A DNA stretch of 55,879 nucleotides, the filler included, from Dugesia japonica (Eukaryota): the NCBI GenBank assembly GCA_001938525.1. It is 5 parts of 5 records of this genome, joined end to end, with 100 filler letters (N's around TTAATTAATTAA, not from the genome) between each part and the next. Parts side by side here need not be neighbours in the genome. Positions count along the whole stretch, not along the records: positions 19,122 to 28,544 come from MQRL01324795.1; positions 28,645 to 40,433 come from MQRL01606323.1; 3 more parts are not named here. One strand, 5' to 3'. Both the position numbers and the translations under genes were made by a program. The notes beneath the pieces are model-generated. The model made no database searches, was not told the origin of the DNA, and worked only from the letters and a program-made list of their open reading frames with translations. This document shows positions 25,572-36,849 of the stretch, piece after piece. The first letter of the stretch is position 1. The number at the start of each line of letters is the position of its first letter.

Positions 25572-25709
25572 TTGCGAAGCATGGCCATTTTTTATTCTAA
25601 ATTTTTAAGATTTCACATTTTACATATTTTCCGAGACATGCATGCCTTTACATTTTACACTTTAATTAAATTGGATTAAATAAGCTTGCTATCGCAAGCA
25701 TTTTATAAT

Positions 25710-26480
25710 CATGATTTTTGGAATTCATTACTATAGAATCTTCATAACATTTTGTTGCCGTTTAAATTACTAATTTCAAATGTATAAGGTTTTCCATAAT
25801 ATATTTTTGTAATAATATAAATTCTTTTTGACCATTTAAATTTATAGCCTTTAGGAAATGTTTTTCCAATTTTAGTAATCCTAACACGATCTCTTATTTT
25901 AAATTTAAGTTTCTCAGGAAAAGTTTTTGGGATTTCTAATTTAATACTTTCTAGATTTATTGAAGCTTCTTGAGGTGTAACATTAATTGTTGAATGTATT
26001 GTGTTATTGTAATCATTTACAATTTGTTCTAGTAAATTTGAAGTAAAATTTTGATTCCCAACGGCAGTAAAATGTTTAAAGTGTTTATTTTTAAGTGTTC
26101 TGTTAAATCTTTCAATGACAACTGCTTTACTTTTATTTTCAGTTGAATACAAATAACATCATTATCTTTACAAAAATATTTAAATGTTTCATTATAAAAT
26201 TGTTTACCTTTATCTACCCATAATTTATTTGGTGTCCTAAAGCTTTTTTCTAGAATTCTTTCAAATGCTTTTGTTGTTGTTGGTCCAGTTTTATTTTTAG
26301 AAAGTTCAATAAAAGCAAATCTTGTGGATAAATCAATTACAGTTAAAATTCCATTTTTCCCTTTTCTTTCTATTCCTTGAAATATTAAATCTGCTGACCA
26401 AATATTATCTTTTTCATATACAATTACTTTTCTAAAATGTTTTTGTCTTCTATATTCTTTATGAAGTTCTTTACTTTCAA
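25710..26480 (-). pseudogene. Polinton rve integrase (family A)
   Basis: ELHK..FRKVIV..DNIWSADL..ILTVIDLSTRFAF..LWVDKGKQFYN..KAVVIERFNRTLK..YNNTIHSTI..FPKGY..WS. Confidence 0.93.
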
Positions 26481-27017
26481 TTTCACTCGGGTCATTTCAT
26501 CTCCAGATTCTTCTTCACCAATAGTACTTTTCTTATAAGGATCTTTTCTTGTCCCACCTCCACCAAACACTATTTTTCCTTTCATTGCTAATTTTACCAA
26601 AGCTCTTTGTAATTTTTCACTTGTGGTTGGATTTTGGATATTATTTAGATCATGTATTAAATTTACATCTGCAATATGTCGATCTCTAATATTTTCTGAA
26701 TGATAAGCTATGTCATGTCTAAATGCGGCATTATCAACTCTATTAATAGGTTCTTTGCCTGGATTTGGCTCTTGCATTTCATGTAATCTAATATCTAATC
26801 GTGTTCCAGGTCCAGTGTAATTATGTTTAAATAAATGTTTTTCACCTTGATACTTTTCCCAAGTAAATGGTTTTAATAATGCTGATGTTAATTTTAAATT
26901 TTTTAGGTCGCCTCCATATTATTTTACTTTGCTTACACACAAATCTAAATGTCGTGATTAATTTTTCTTTAAAATTATTTTACCACAATTTTCACATATA
27001 AACTTTTTTGTGGGCAT
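26424..27017 (-). pseudogene. Zinc finger plus parvovirus-type phospholipase A2 (PLA2X-like)
   Basis: CENC..RHLDLC, MGG, HNYTGPGTRL, PINRVDNAAFRHDIAY, RHIAD, VFGGG; one stop near the N-terminus. Confidence 0.9.
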
Positions 27018-27109
27018 TCATTTTTTTTTAAATTTAACATTTTACGGGTCCTTTTGGGTATTTTAAAAATGGAATTAAATTTAACACACGCTTGTTTAGC
27101 AACACATTT

Positions 27110-28167
27110 TTAAATATCCAATCCCCTTATATTTTCAATTATAAAAATTTTACTATTTTCTAATTTCATTTCAACATGTTTTTCTTCAAGTATACATCAA
27201 TAAATATTACCTTTAAAATCTGGATCTTTTGTTATATGAAGTTTGACATCAACATTATTAATATTCATTTTATTATCATGAGCACTTACATGAAAACAAA
27301 ATATTGAATATAAATTACCAAAATCTAAAAGTGATAATTGTGGTTCTGTTAAAAACTCATGACAACAGTTTATATAATTTTAATAAGGATAAATCATTTC
27401 ATTATTTTGCATATTAAATTTACATTCATTAATTGGGTAATAAGTATTGTTCAATTGTATCTGTATACTTTTAACATAATTGGTGGTGATTTTTTGTATG
27501 AATAGATTATTATTTTTTTCATATGGAATTTCTACATCTTTTAAGCAAATGAAAACATATCTAGGTTGATATGCTAGACTACTAATTTTTATTGAATAAT
27601 ATCCACCTGGATCTAAATTTGATTTAGCGGTTATTCTATTTAAGTATGAAACTTTTATTGGTTTATTTTTTGCTATTCTTTCTAATAAGAATAATTCTGT
27701 TTTTGGTAATAATCTAAATTCTGGAATATGAAATTCAAGGGTTAACACTTTTAATGTTGCTGTTGATGAGGCATCTCCATAAAATAATAGTTTACCATTC
27801 ATTTGTCTGTTACATGTAAACTCTATCATTGTATTGTATAAAAGTCAATTATAATTTGCCATAAAACCAAATAAGTTTCTCAATTGAAAGTATCCTTCTA
27901 ATTTCCTTGTGCTATAAAGTTTCTTTCTAATTTTATAACCAGGATTAGTTTTTATATCTCTATCATCTATATCAGGTATCCAACCTGACATTTGACTATA
28001 TTCTTTTTTCCATGTTTCTGTTGTTAATATTAAATTTAGCATCGTAAATATAACACCTTGATCATTTATTGTTTCTACATCTGTTGAACACAATGCTAAT
28101 CTCATGGATTTGAAGAAACTTGGAAACAAGTTTGTTTCTAATGTTATTTTATCTTTTCATGCTTCTG
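27110..28167 (-). pseudogene. Major capsid protein (family A), 5' end cut by a nested Polinton terminus
   Basis: Collinear with 28917-30247: ITLETN.FPSFF, VETINDQG, PRYVF, IQLNNTYYP, YSIFCFHVS. Confidence 0.85.
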
Positions 28168-28544
28168 AGTAGATAGATCCTAGCGCACTGGATCACCCCC
28201 TCCCCCCTCTCAAGGTCAAATTTTTTAAAAATCACTGATCTAGTATACTCGATTCTGATTGGTTGAGTCATTTCAAGGTTGATTTTTTTCAAGGTCAAAG
28301 TTATTCATTTAATATTTCAATGTCAAATTAATGTAGGTCAAGGTTAATTGAATGTAGGTCAAGGTAATATCCATAGCAACTATCGTCAAGGCAGATTTAA
28401 TATTTAAATTTCCCGCGCAATTTTAATATTTAAATTTCATGCGCAGATTTAATATTTAAATTTCCCGCGGAGATTTAATATTTAAATTTCCTGCGCAGAC
28501 TTACTATATAAATTTTTTAATGTTTCGAATTTTTTTTTTATTTT
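28168..28544 (+). mobile_element. Polinton-type terminal repeat inserted into the MCP gene
   Basis: Begins AGTAGATAGAT exactly where MCP homology stops; resembles the termini at 45091 and 47646; contains AAGGTCA motifs and a 26-bp tandem array (28391-28500). Confidence 0.75.
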
Positions 28545-28644
28545 NNNNNNNNNNNNNNNNNNNNNNNNNNNNNNNNNNNNNNNNNNNNTTAATTAATTAA
28601 NNNNNNNNNNNNNNNNNNNNNNNNNNNNNNNNNNNNNNNNNNNN
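28545..28644. other. Artificial contig linker
   Basis: N44-TTAATTAATTAA-N44. Confidence 0.95.
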
Positions 28645-28689
28645 TCCTTCAATGAGATTATATCGACACCTATAACACTCACAAGCAAA

Positions 28690-28866
28690 GTGTTGATAAA
28701 TCTCTTTGTAATATTTTTTCAAGTAAATGGTTTTAAAATTGCTGAAGTTAATTTAGAAGATTGTAAATCACCTCCAGTTTTCTTTATACATATTTTTAAA
28801 TGTCTAGCTTTATTTTTTCAAAGTAATATTTTGTTACAATTTTCACAAATACATTTATTATTCATT
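28690..28866 (-). pseudogene. N-terminus of the zinc finger-PLA2 gene, second copy
   Basis: MNNKCICENCNKILL..RHLKICIKKTGGDLQSSKLTSAILKPFT aligns with 26860-27017. Confidence 0.8.
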
Positions 28867-28916
28867 TTATTAAAAATCTAATTAGAGAATAAAGGACTAC
28901 TGCAGCGGTTAAAATA

Positions 28917-30247
28917 TTAACCTAAACTTTCTCCTCGTTTATTTTCAATCATTACAATTTTACTATTTGATAATTTCATTTCAATATGTTTTTCTTCTAA
29001 AATACACCAACATAAAGATCCTGTAAAATCACTATTTTTAGTTATATGTAACGTTATATCTACGGTATTTATATGTAATTTATCGTCTTGGGAATTAACA
29101 TCAAAACAAAAGATTGGATACAAATTACCAAACTCTTGTAAAGATAATTGTGGTTCAGTTAAAAAGTCTTTACAACAATTTAGATAATTTAAATATTGAA
29201 AAATCATTTTATTATTTTTAATATTAAATTTACATTCATTTATAGGATAATATGTATTGTTTAATTGTACTTAAATACTTTTAAGATAATGTTTTGTTTT
29301 AAATTTTTCTTTCTTTTCATTTTCAACAGTTTTACTAATTTGTTGAATAAATAAATTATTATTCTTTTGAAATGTAATTTCTGAATCTTTTATTCCAATA
29401 AATATATATCTTGGTTTAAATTTATAAGTTAAATTACTCAGTTTAACTGAATAATAATTTCCTGAATCTAAAGTTTTTTTTTAAGTTATTCTATTTAAAA
29501 ATGAAACTTGAATAGATTTATTTGTGTTAATTCTTTCCAAAAGAGTTACTTTCATTTTTGGAACTAATCTGCATTCTGCTATGTGTAGTTCTAGACTCAT
29601 TAATTTTAAAGTAGCAGTTGTACCTGAATTCCCATAAAGTATTAAATTATCATTCATTTGTCTATTACAAGTAAATTCAATCATTGTGTTATATAATAAT
29701 ATGTTGTAACATTGTAAAAAACCAAATAAATTTTTCAAAAGAAAATATCCCTTAAATTTCTTTTTGGAGTAAAGTTTATTTCGTTTATAAAAACCTAGAT
29801 TTGCATCAAGACCTTCTACATCAACATCTTCTTTATTTATATCTGGAATCTATCCTGATAATTCACCTTTTATCTTTTTATAAGTTGAACTAGTTGTTAT
29901 AAAAGTTAACATTGTTGAAGCTGTTCCAGGATCATTAATTACTTCTACACCTGAAGAACCTAAAGTTAATCTCATTGTTTTAAATAAACTTGGAAACCAA
30001 TTATTTTCTAAAGTTATTTTATCTTTATGAGCTTCGGCTGCACCAAATTCTAATTCAACTTTAAAATATAACATTGAATTACAAATGTCTAATGGATTTG
30101 AAGATTTTAAAGATTGAAAAGTTATATCACCAGAAGACATTAAATTATTAATTGTTCCAGTTGAAGGTGAAATTCTCAAAACATCATTTTTCAAATATAA
30201 ATGTTGAAAATTAATATTATTATCAATTATAATTTTGTTGTTTCCAT
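28917..30247 (-). pseudogene. Full-length major capsid protein pseudogene (family A, second copy)
   Basis: MENNKII..ISPSTGTINNLMSSGDITF..SMLYF..ITLENNWFPSLF..VEVINDPG..YPIFCFDVNSQ; a few stops. Confidence 0.88.
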
Positions 30248-30397
30248 TTTCTTTAATAATAAAATAACAAAATTAAAAATAGCAAAACTTCAACGTATGA
30301 GATGGTGATTTATTTATTATTTTTTATAGAACCGGTTCTTCACTATCTCATGCATCGTTAATCATCTAATTTACATGCAAATCAAACCATTAACCCA

Positions 30398-30531
30398 AGT
30401 AGTTGTAAAACTACGGTTTCCACGCGGTTTTTTGCCTTATGATATTTTACTATTTAATTTACGAAAGTAAACCGATGCATCNNNNNNNNNNNNNTACAAC
30501 CTTGCGTGGAAACCGTAGTTTTACATATACT
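30398..30531. mobile_element. Small inverted-repeat element with AGT...ACT ends (spans a gap, true size unknown)
   Basis: TGTAAAACTACGGTTTCCACGC / GCGTGGAAACCGTAGTTTTACA perfect 22-bp inverted repeat; similar end at about 40388-40412. Confidence 0.6.
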
Positions 30532-32058
30532 GATATGTGTGTTCGGGGAAATGAAGAGATTGACGTTTAAATGTTATTTAATAAATTTTGTTTAATAAAT
30601 GTAGTTTTTATGATAGTTATTTTTTTGTAAGATTAATTATACATAAGCAAATTATTTATTACCTTGATTATTTGTTACAAGTATTTCACGATTATTGTCG
30701 GAATAATTAATTTGAACGATTTCTATCATGTCATTTATATTCGAATCTAAATTCATTATTATTAATAATAAAAGGGGAAAAAATTTTTGTTTATAACTAA
30801 TATGTCATTGTTTTGCATGGTATTTGTTGAATTTGACTACATATTGTCTCTGTTTATTTTGTCTTTGAACTGTATTTCTTTGTTGAGCTTGCACCTGAAT
30901 TGTTCTTTGTTAATAATGCATTTGTGTTGCATTTCTTATTTCAAAGTATAAATGAATATATTTGGTACTAAATAGTACCCATACGTTATGAATATATAAT
31001 GTTTTATAGATAATAAAAAACTAATTGTAAGTAAACTAATAATATACGAATATGTAGTTTATTTACATCAGGCGAATACCATTTATTTTCGCCTGAAGGA
31101 CGAAAATACGCGCCGGCAGGCTTGAAAATATTTTTTTAATAATAGGTGCCCCTCATATATATATTTTATTTTGTGTCATATGAAGGGAGGAAGGTTAATA
31201 TTTCAAAAAGAAATAATTAAATGTTACAGAATTATTACATTAAGAAAAAAAACTGAACGAGGTATATATATATATATATACTCAATTAATCAATAGTATA
31301 TATTTTCTCAGTTACTAGTTATTAGTATTTATAAAAATAAAAGTCATAATAATAATAATAATAAAATTAACTAAAAAGCAAACTCTATTTAAAATTAATA
31401 ATATCCATCAAATTAATAAAATAGAAAACCCTAAGTTAAAAAAAAACTCAAATAAAAATTAAACTNTATTAAATAACTACTAAATTTTAAAAATTACTTC
31501 AAAAAAAACTCAATTAAATAATAATAATCAACAAAGTAAATAACAAAAATAAAACACAATCTTGAAAATAAGATTTATTTACAAATATTGATGAGCCTCT
31601 CTAGTAGAGCGTATCTGCATATATTGCATTCGCAATGCGCATGAAGATACATCTCTTTGTAGTATTGACTAGTATTGTTTCATAATCTTCTTTATTTATG
31701 ACCTTTTTCTGACGAAATAAAACTATTGCGATAATATCTAGAAATCATGAATAATTAAAAAAAATAATAATAAATAAATAAATATTACTCTTTTCATTAA
31801 TCAGATCCTCCTGGCTATTTGATTCCGCTGATTCTTCACATGTCTTTCGAATATTTTCTACTTGAATTGGATACATATTTTTTTTAATTAAATAAACCAC
31901 TGATTAAAATGAAATATGTAATGTGTTATATACAATTCTCTGTTTAACACAAATCGACCAATTGAAATCGACCAATGAAAAACAAGTAATAATCAAACAA
32001 GGAAAAGCCTTGCTATACTTGCATTCATATTGCAACCATGTACATTCATGTTGTGAAA

Positions 32059-32495
32059 TTAAACAATTAAATTATATAAATCAGAAATTATATTATCTAC
32101 ATATCCTTGATAGTATAAAGTCTTTATACCGAGTATTACAAATTTTCCTGAGGAAAATACGTTTAGATATACAGGATCATACTTTGTTAGTCGTAATGCA
32201 GGAAACAATTATGGTTCAAACCAACATTTTGTTATTTTTACTAATTTATACAAATTGATTACTTGCCCAAAATTGATTACAATTGTTAATGATTGAAACG
32301 AATATCTTTTATATCATACTGTAACTTTTCCATTTTCAACGGTTGTTTACATTCCTTTATTCGAAAATTTCCTGATTTAAAGAATATAAATGTATATTTT
32401 TCACTTTTTTCCACATATTAAGAAGGTTTACCGATAGGAAACTTCATTTTGACTGTTACATCTTGTGACACTTTGTAATTAATATTAACTAACAT
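32059..32495 (-). pseudogene. Compact TATA-binding-protein-like gene next to the Polinton family B ATPase
   Basis: MLVNINYK...KYTFIFFKSGNFRIKECK...QSLTIVINFGQVINLYKL..WFEP*LFPALRLTKYDPVYLNVFSSGKFVILGIK; matches the two TBP repeats (LIFSSGKMVCTGAK; YEPELFPGL; LIFVSGKVVLTGAK); 2 stops and 1 frameshift. Confidence 0.8.
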
Positions 32496-32499
32496 TATT

Positions 32500-32715
32500 A
32501 ATAAAGAAAAGGACTTTAATAAATTATTTACAAAAATAAGCAGACATTGTAATGTGACTACTATATTCATTACTCAAAATTTATTCCATCAAGAAGTCAT
32601 AGGACACGTAATTTAAATGAACAATACTTGTTCTGTTTAAAAATCTAAGAGATCAAACAATTGTTGATTTTCTAGCAAGACAGGCTTATTCTAATAATAG
32701 ACAATTTCTTATTGA
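32500..32715 (+). pseudogene. Packaging ATPase fragment (family B copy 1, N-terminus deleted)
   Basis: KEKDFNKLFTKISRHCNVTTIFITQNLF; close match to 39230-39445. Confidence 0.85.
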
Positions 32716-33108
32716 NNNNNNNNNNNNNNNNNNNNNNNNNNNNNNNNNNNNNNNNNNNNNNNNNNNNNNNNNNNNNNNNNNNNNNNNNNNNNNNNNNNNN
32801 NNNNNNNNNNNNNNNNNNNNNNNNNNNNNNNNNNNNNNNNNNNNNNNNNNNNNNNNNNNNNNNNNNNNNNNNNNNNNNNNNNNNNNNNNNNNTTGATCAG
32901 ATCAAAAGTATTTCTAAAATGAAGAAAGATAAACGATCAAAAAAGCGTATTGTAAAAAAGAAAAAGGGTTGGAAAGAGGAAACAAACTAAGTAGTTGAAC
33001 ATTTTCAAGAAACTTTCAAAACTGTATGGTAAGAAAATTTCGAACGTAAACGTAAAATGGAAATCATTATAAAAAAAATACGGGTAATTTATATTATTAA
33101 AATATATA

Positions 33109-33425
33109 ATGAAATTACAACGAAATATTTCATCTTTTACATCATTAATTAAATCTTCAAAATCTGCGAGAATGCAAATTTTGAAATCATTTCCAACGTT
33201 TGTTATGGATTATTTAATTGAAACTCTTATAAATATTGTTCGTGGAAATGTAAATGTGAGTAATGCTAGAAAGGAAGTATTGAAAAAACATAAAAGAACA
33301 CTATTAACACTTATAAATACAAAAAATAGAAAATTGATGTAATACGAGATAATCAAGGAGGTGATTTTATTGCAGCATTACTACCAATTGCATTAGCAGC
33401 ACTAGGATTAACTCATTTCAAATAA
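33109..33425 (+). pseudogene. Maverick PW-like core protein (family B copy 1)
   Basis: R..ILK..LIE..INIVRGNV..LKKHK..L..QGGDFIAALLPIALAALG. Confidence 0.75.
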
Positions 33426-33479
33426 AAAATTGTTGGTTTTATAGAAGCATTATAATGATAAACTGATTCAAAATAAATA

Positions 33480-34307
33480 ATACGTTTTGTATTGATGACT
33501 TATGGTAAATGGATTTGATGGAGATGATCCCGTTTTCAAAAATAAATAAAAGATACAAGTATATTTTAACAATTATTGATGTATTCAGTCAATTTGCAAG
33601 AGCCTTTCCGAATGAATCAAAATCTGCTAATGATATGGAACCGGCAATTAAATCAATGTTCAAAGATGGACATCCAGATAATTTACAAACAGATTAAGGT
33701 AAGGAGTTTTACAACTCTAAAGTCAAAAATCTTTTATCATATCTATCCATAAAGCGGCACATGTTGANAGATTTAATCGAACATTAAGAGATGCTTTGAA
33801 AAAGTACTTTGTGCATACTGGTAATAAAACCAGGATAAATGTGTTTTCAAAATTGATTTATAGTTATAATCATTGTAGTTATAAAGGTTCAAATAGAGCA
33901 AGACCGGCTGATGTAAGTTCAAACAATGAACTAAAATTGTGGCTATCGCGTGATTAAAGTAAAGTAAATAAAAACCAAAATATAAAGTCAGTGACCATGT
34001 TAGAATCTTAAAATTAAGTCCATCTCCATTCATTAAAATGTTTGATAGTAATTGGAGTGATGAAGTATTTCAAATAACGAAAATCAATACTAAACAAAAT
34101 CCAGTCATGTATGTAATTAAAGATTATGAGAATAATATCATACAAGGAACGTTTTATGAGCATGAATTACAAGTCATTCCATCTCCTACTATATTTAGAT
34201 TCGAAAAAATAATAAAATCGAAAGGAACAAAGAAGAATAAATAATATTATGTAAAATGGCATGGATATCAAAACCTTACTTGGATATTAGCATCACAGTT
34301 AGTTAAT
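33480..34307 (+). pseudogene. rve integrase with C-terminal chromodomain (family B)
   Basis: MDLMEM..YKYILTIIDVFS..LQTD*GKEFYN..RFNRTL..NWSDEVF..GTFYEHELQ..YYVKWHGY..TW. Confidence 0.92.
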
Positions 34308-34308
34308 A

Positions 34309-34690
34309 ATGAACAACGTGAATAATTTCTATACACTTTTAACTAGTAATAGCTGTCCTCTTATTCATCCGAATAATAATGCTAGTAAATTCATTGTTGA
34401 GCTTCAAAATTCGATTTATATGGATGGTAGTTGGGAAGTAGAATTGTTGAATTTTACGCTTGTATATCAAACATTTCCATTATATAGCAAGTCTAAAATG
34501 CAATACATGTCTACACGAAATTTATTAAATGAAATAACTATTAAAATTTATCACAAAAACAATCCTTAAGTGTAAGTAAAAATGAAAATAATAATGTCTA
34601 TATAATGTCTATTTAGTGGTTATTTAACTATTAAATGTGAATATCCATATTTTGCCGTATTTGAAAATGAAATAATTACCTTGAAATGAA
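34309..34690 (+). pseudogene. Minor capsid protein, N-terminal part (family B)
   Basis: FYTLLTSNS..HPNNNASKFIVELQNSIYMDGSWEV, the typical Maverick minor capsid start. Confidence 0.8.
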
Positions 34691-34699
34691 ATAATTACA

Positions 34700-34933
34700 T
34701 TGAAATCTAATGCATTGGCAGAATTTGGTGATGTAGTGTCTTCGTTACCTAGTGGAGTAACTAATATGATTACTAAAGTAGCAGACATGTTACCATTCAG
34801 TATAACAAATAGAATTCCACCGGAAATAAGTAATATGATAACAAAAAACAGCAAAACATTCAAAAAAAAGCGTAAAAAAATCAAAACCAGCAGGTATAAA
34901 CAAACGAATGAAAGGACATGGAACAAATTTTGA
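34700..34933 (+). pseudogene. Small basic core-protein-like ORF upstream of MCP
   Basis: Lys/Arg-rich C-terminus (KKKRKKIK); position matches Maverick core genes. Confidence 0.35.
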
Positions 34934-36155
34934 AAATGATTTGCGGTAAAACTGAGTTATGTATTTTTGATCGTCTATCACCTCAAGCAGTAATTGAAAA
35001 TGCTGCATTTGAAGATTTGTTTCCAATGAATTCAATTTCTGAACTAAAAAGCGATGTAGAATTTTTTATAAATGGATCACAAACTGAATATTTAGATTTG
35101 AATGATACTTTATTGTATATTAAACTAAAGGTAGTTAATAAGGCAGGCAAAGATTTGACTGACGCTCATGATGCAGTTTCTAGTAACTATATGTTACATA
35201 CACTCTTTAAGGATGTAATTCTTTCATTTAATAATTACAAAATTGAAGGTGGAAATGGAACCTTTATTCAAAAAGCATTAATTAAAACTATATTGAATTT
35301 TAATGGCGATAGTAAGAATATTTGTCTTACATCAATGGAATATGGGTAAGAAGAAAATAGAAAAGCTTCTATTAAAAATCTAAACCATTGTCTCTATGTG
35401 GTTCATTGCAATTAGATTTTATGGATCAANNGAAATATCTTATTCCTGGTGTCAATGTTCACATTCGAATGAAAAGAGCAACTTCTAACATTTGTTCGGA
35501 ATCTGCAGTCAAGGAACCTACATATGTATTGTTAGATGCAAAATTAATGGTCAGACGTGAACGCGTTGAACCTTCAGTATTGGCTGGTCATTAATTGGGG
35601 TTAAATAAGAAAAATGCAATTGATCCGATAAGAAAGAAGGAAATTGTTGCGTTTGAAAGTAGTAAAGATAGTACATCATTTTATAAGGAGTAAATCTTTG
35701 GTGATCGTCGTTAACCCAACTTTCTTTTAATTGCATTTCAAAATGGAGGTCAATATAATGGTAATATTAAAACCTGTACTTCAATATTTTAACATTTATA
35801 TGCCACTTCCATAAATTTATCGAAAAACATTAATTATCGAGAGACATATATTCAAGATTTTGAAAACGACGATTATAGTACAACATATATGCAAAGCATT
35901 GTTGGAAATATGGGATATTTGGATAAGAATATGAATTGTGGAATAACATTTGAGAAATTTAAAAGCAAATATCCGTTTTTTACATTTGTACTTGCTCCAT
36001 ATTTTGATATTAATCAGAGTCAATTGCCTCAACAGGAAAATTTGAGATAAGATATAAAGTTTGCTAAATATTTGACTGCGCCAGCATATGTTATAATATA
36101 TGGAGTATTTGAAAGCAAAATTCATCTAAATGCTAATAGAACAGTACTAGTGTAA
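34918..36155 (+). pseudogene. Major capsid protein, vertebrate-Maverick type (family B)
   Basis: ELCIFD..PQAVIE..P..VEFFINGSQTEYLDLNDTLLYIKLKV..LHTLF..LQLDFMDQ.KYLIPGV..FFTFVLAP. Confidence 0.92.
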
Positions 36156-36229
36156 ACAACATCTATCTAATATAATCAAATAATAAAAATTATGAAGTAA
36201 GTTTTGTATTTAATTTCAATATTTTACTT

Positions 36230-36540
36230 TATTAGTTCTTTTCGAATTAATCAAATCGGATCAAAATTGTTGGGGTGTATCCATTAGACAAGCCACCATA
36301 CTTTCCAGTTAATAAAGCCTTAATCGCAAATACTGATACATCAAATCTTGTTGGAAAACATTGGATAGCAATTTATCATAAGACTGCAATTATTTCAGTT
36401 TTTAATCCCTTGGATTTTATTATTCACATATATTGGTCTCANNNNNNNNNNNNNNNNNNNNNNNNNNNNNNNNNNNNNNNNNNNNNNNNNNNNNNNNNNN
36501 NNNNNNNNNNNNNNNNNNNNNTGTCTATTGTGGCTTAAAA
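36230..36540 (+). pseudogene. Cysteine protease fragment (family B)
   Basis: GVYPLDK..IANTDTSNLVGKHWIAIY..FNPL. Confidence 0.85.
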
Positions 36541-36849
36541 ATCAACATTCTAACTGAAAATTGACATTATGTGAAAAATAATCAACATTGTAATTGAAAA
36601 TGTAAATGTTGTATGTAAATAAATGTTTGTTTGATTTATTTCTATATAACTTTAAAAATAGTTAATTAATCTTTGTTAAAACCATTAAAATATAAAGCAG
36701 TTAATTGACCTTTTTTATAATTAAAAACATGTCTTTGTTATTTTCATGACTAATAACTGTGTAAATGTAACAATATACTACATTGCAGAACTTTAAAATT
36801 ACTTTATCAAAAAAAATTATTTCTTTTTACAACTAAATATACTACGTTG

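Larger units (their letters stand above)
19185..28167. mobile_element. Polinton family A morphogenesis/integration gene block (most complete copy; no polB in this contig)
   Basis: Plus strand: pX-like, ORF, penton, protease, fibre-like, TM protein, ORF. Convergent minus strand: MCP, PLA2, integrase, ATPase. Confidence 0.93.

Noticed and set aside
27110-30247. A virus with two tandem MCP genes
   Set aside because: The copies are on different contigs separated by a linker, each followed by its own PLA2 gene.
31923-32258. 111-aa plus-strand ORF
   Set aside because: Antisense shadow of the TBP-like gene.
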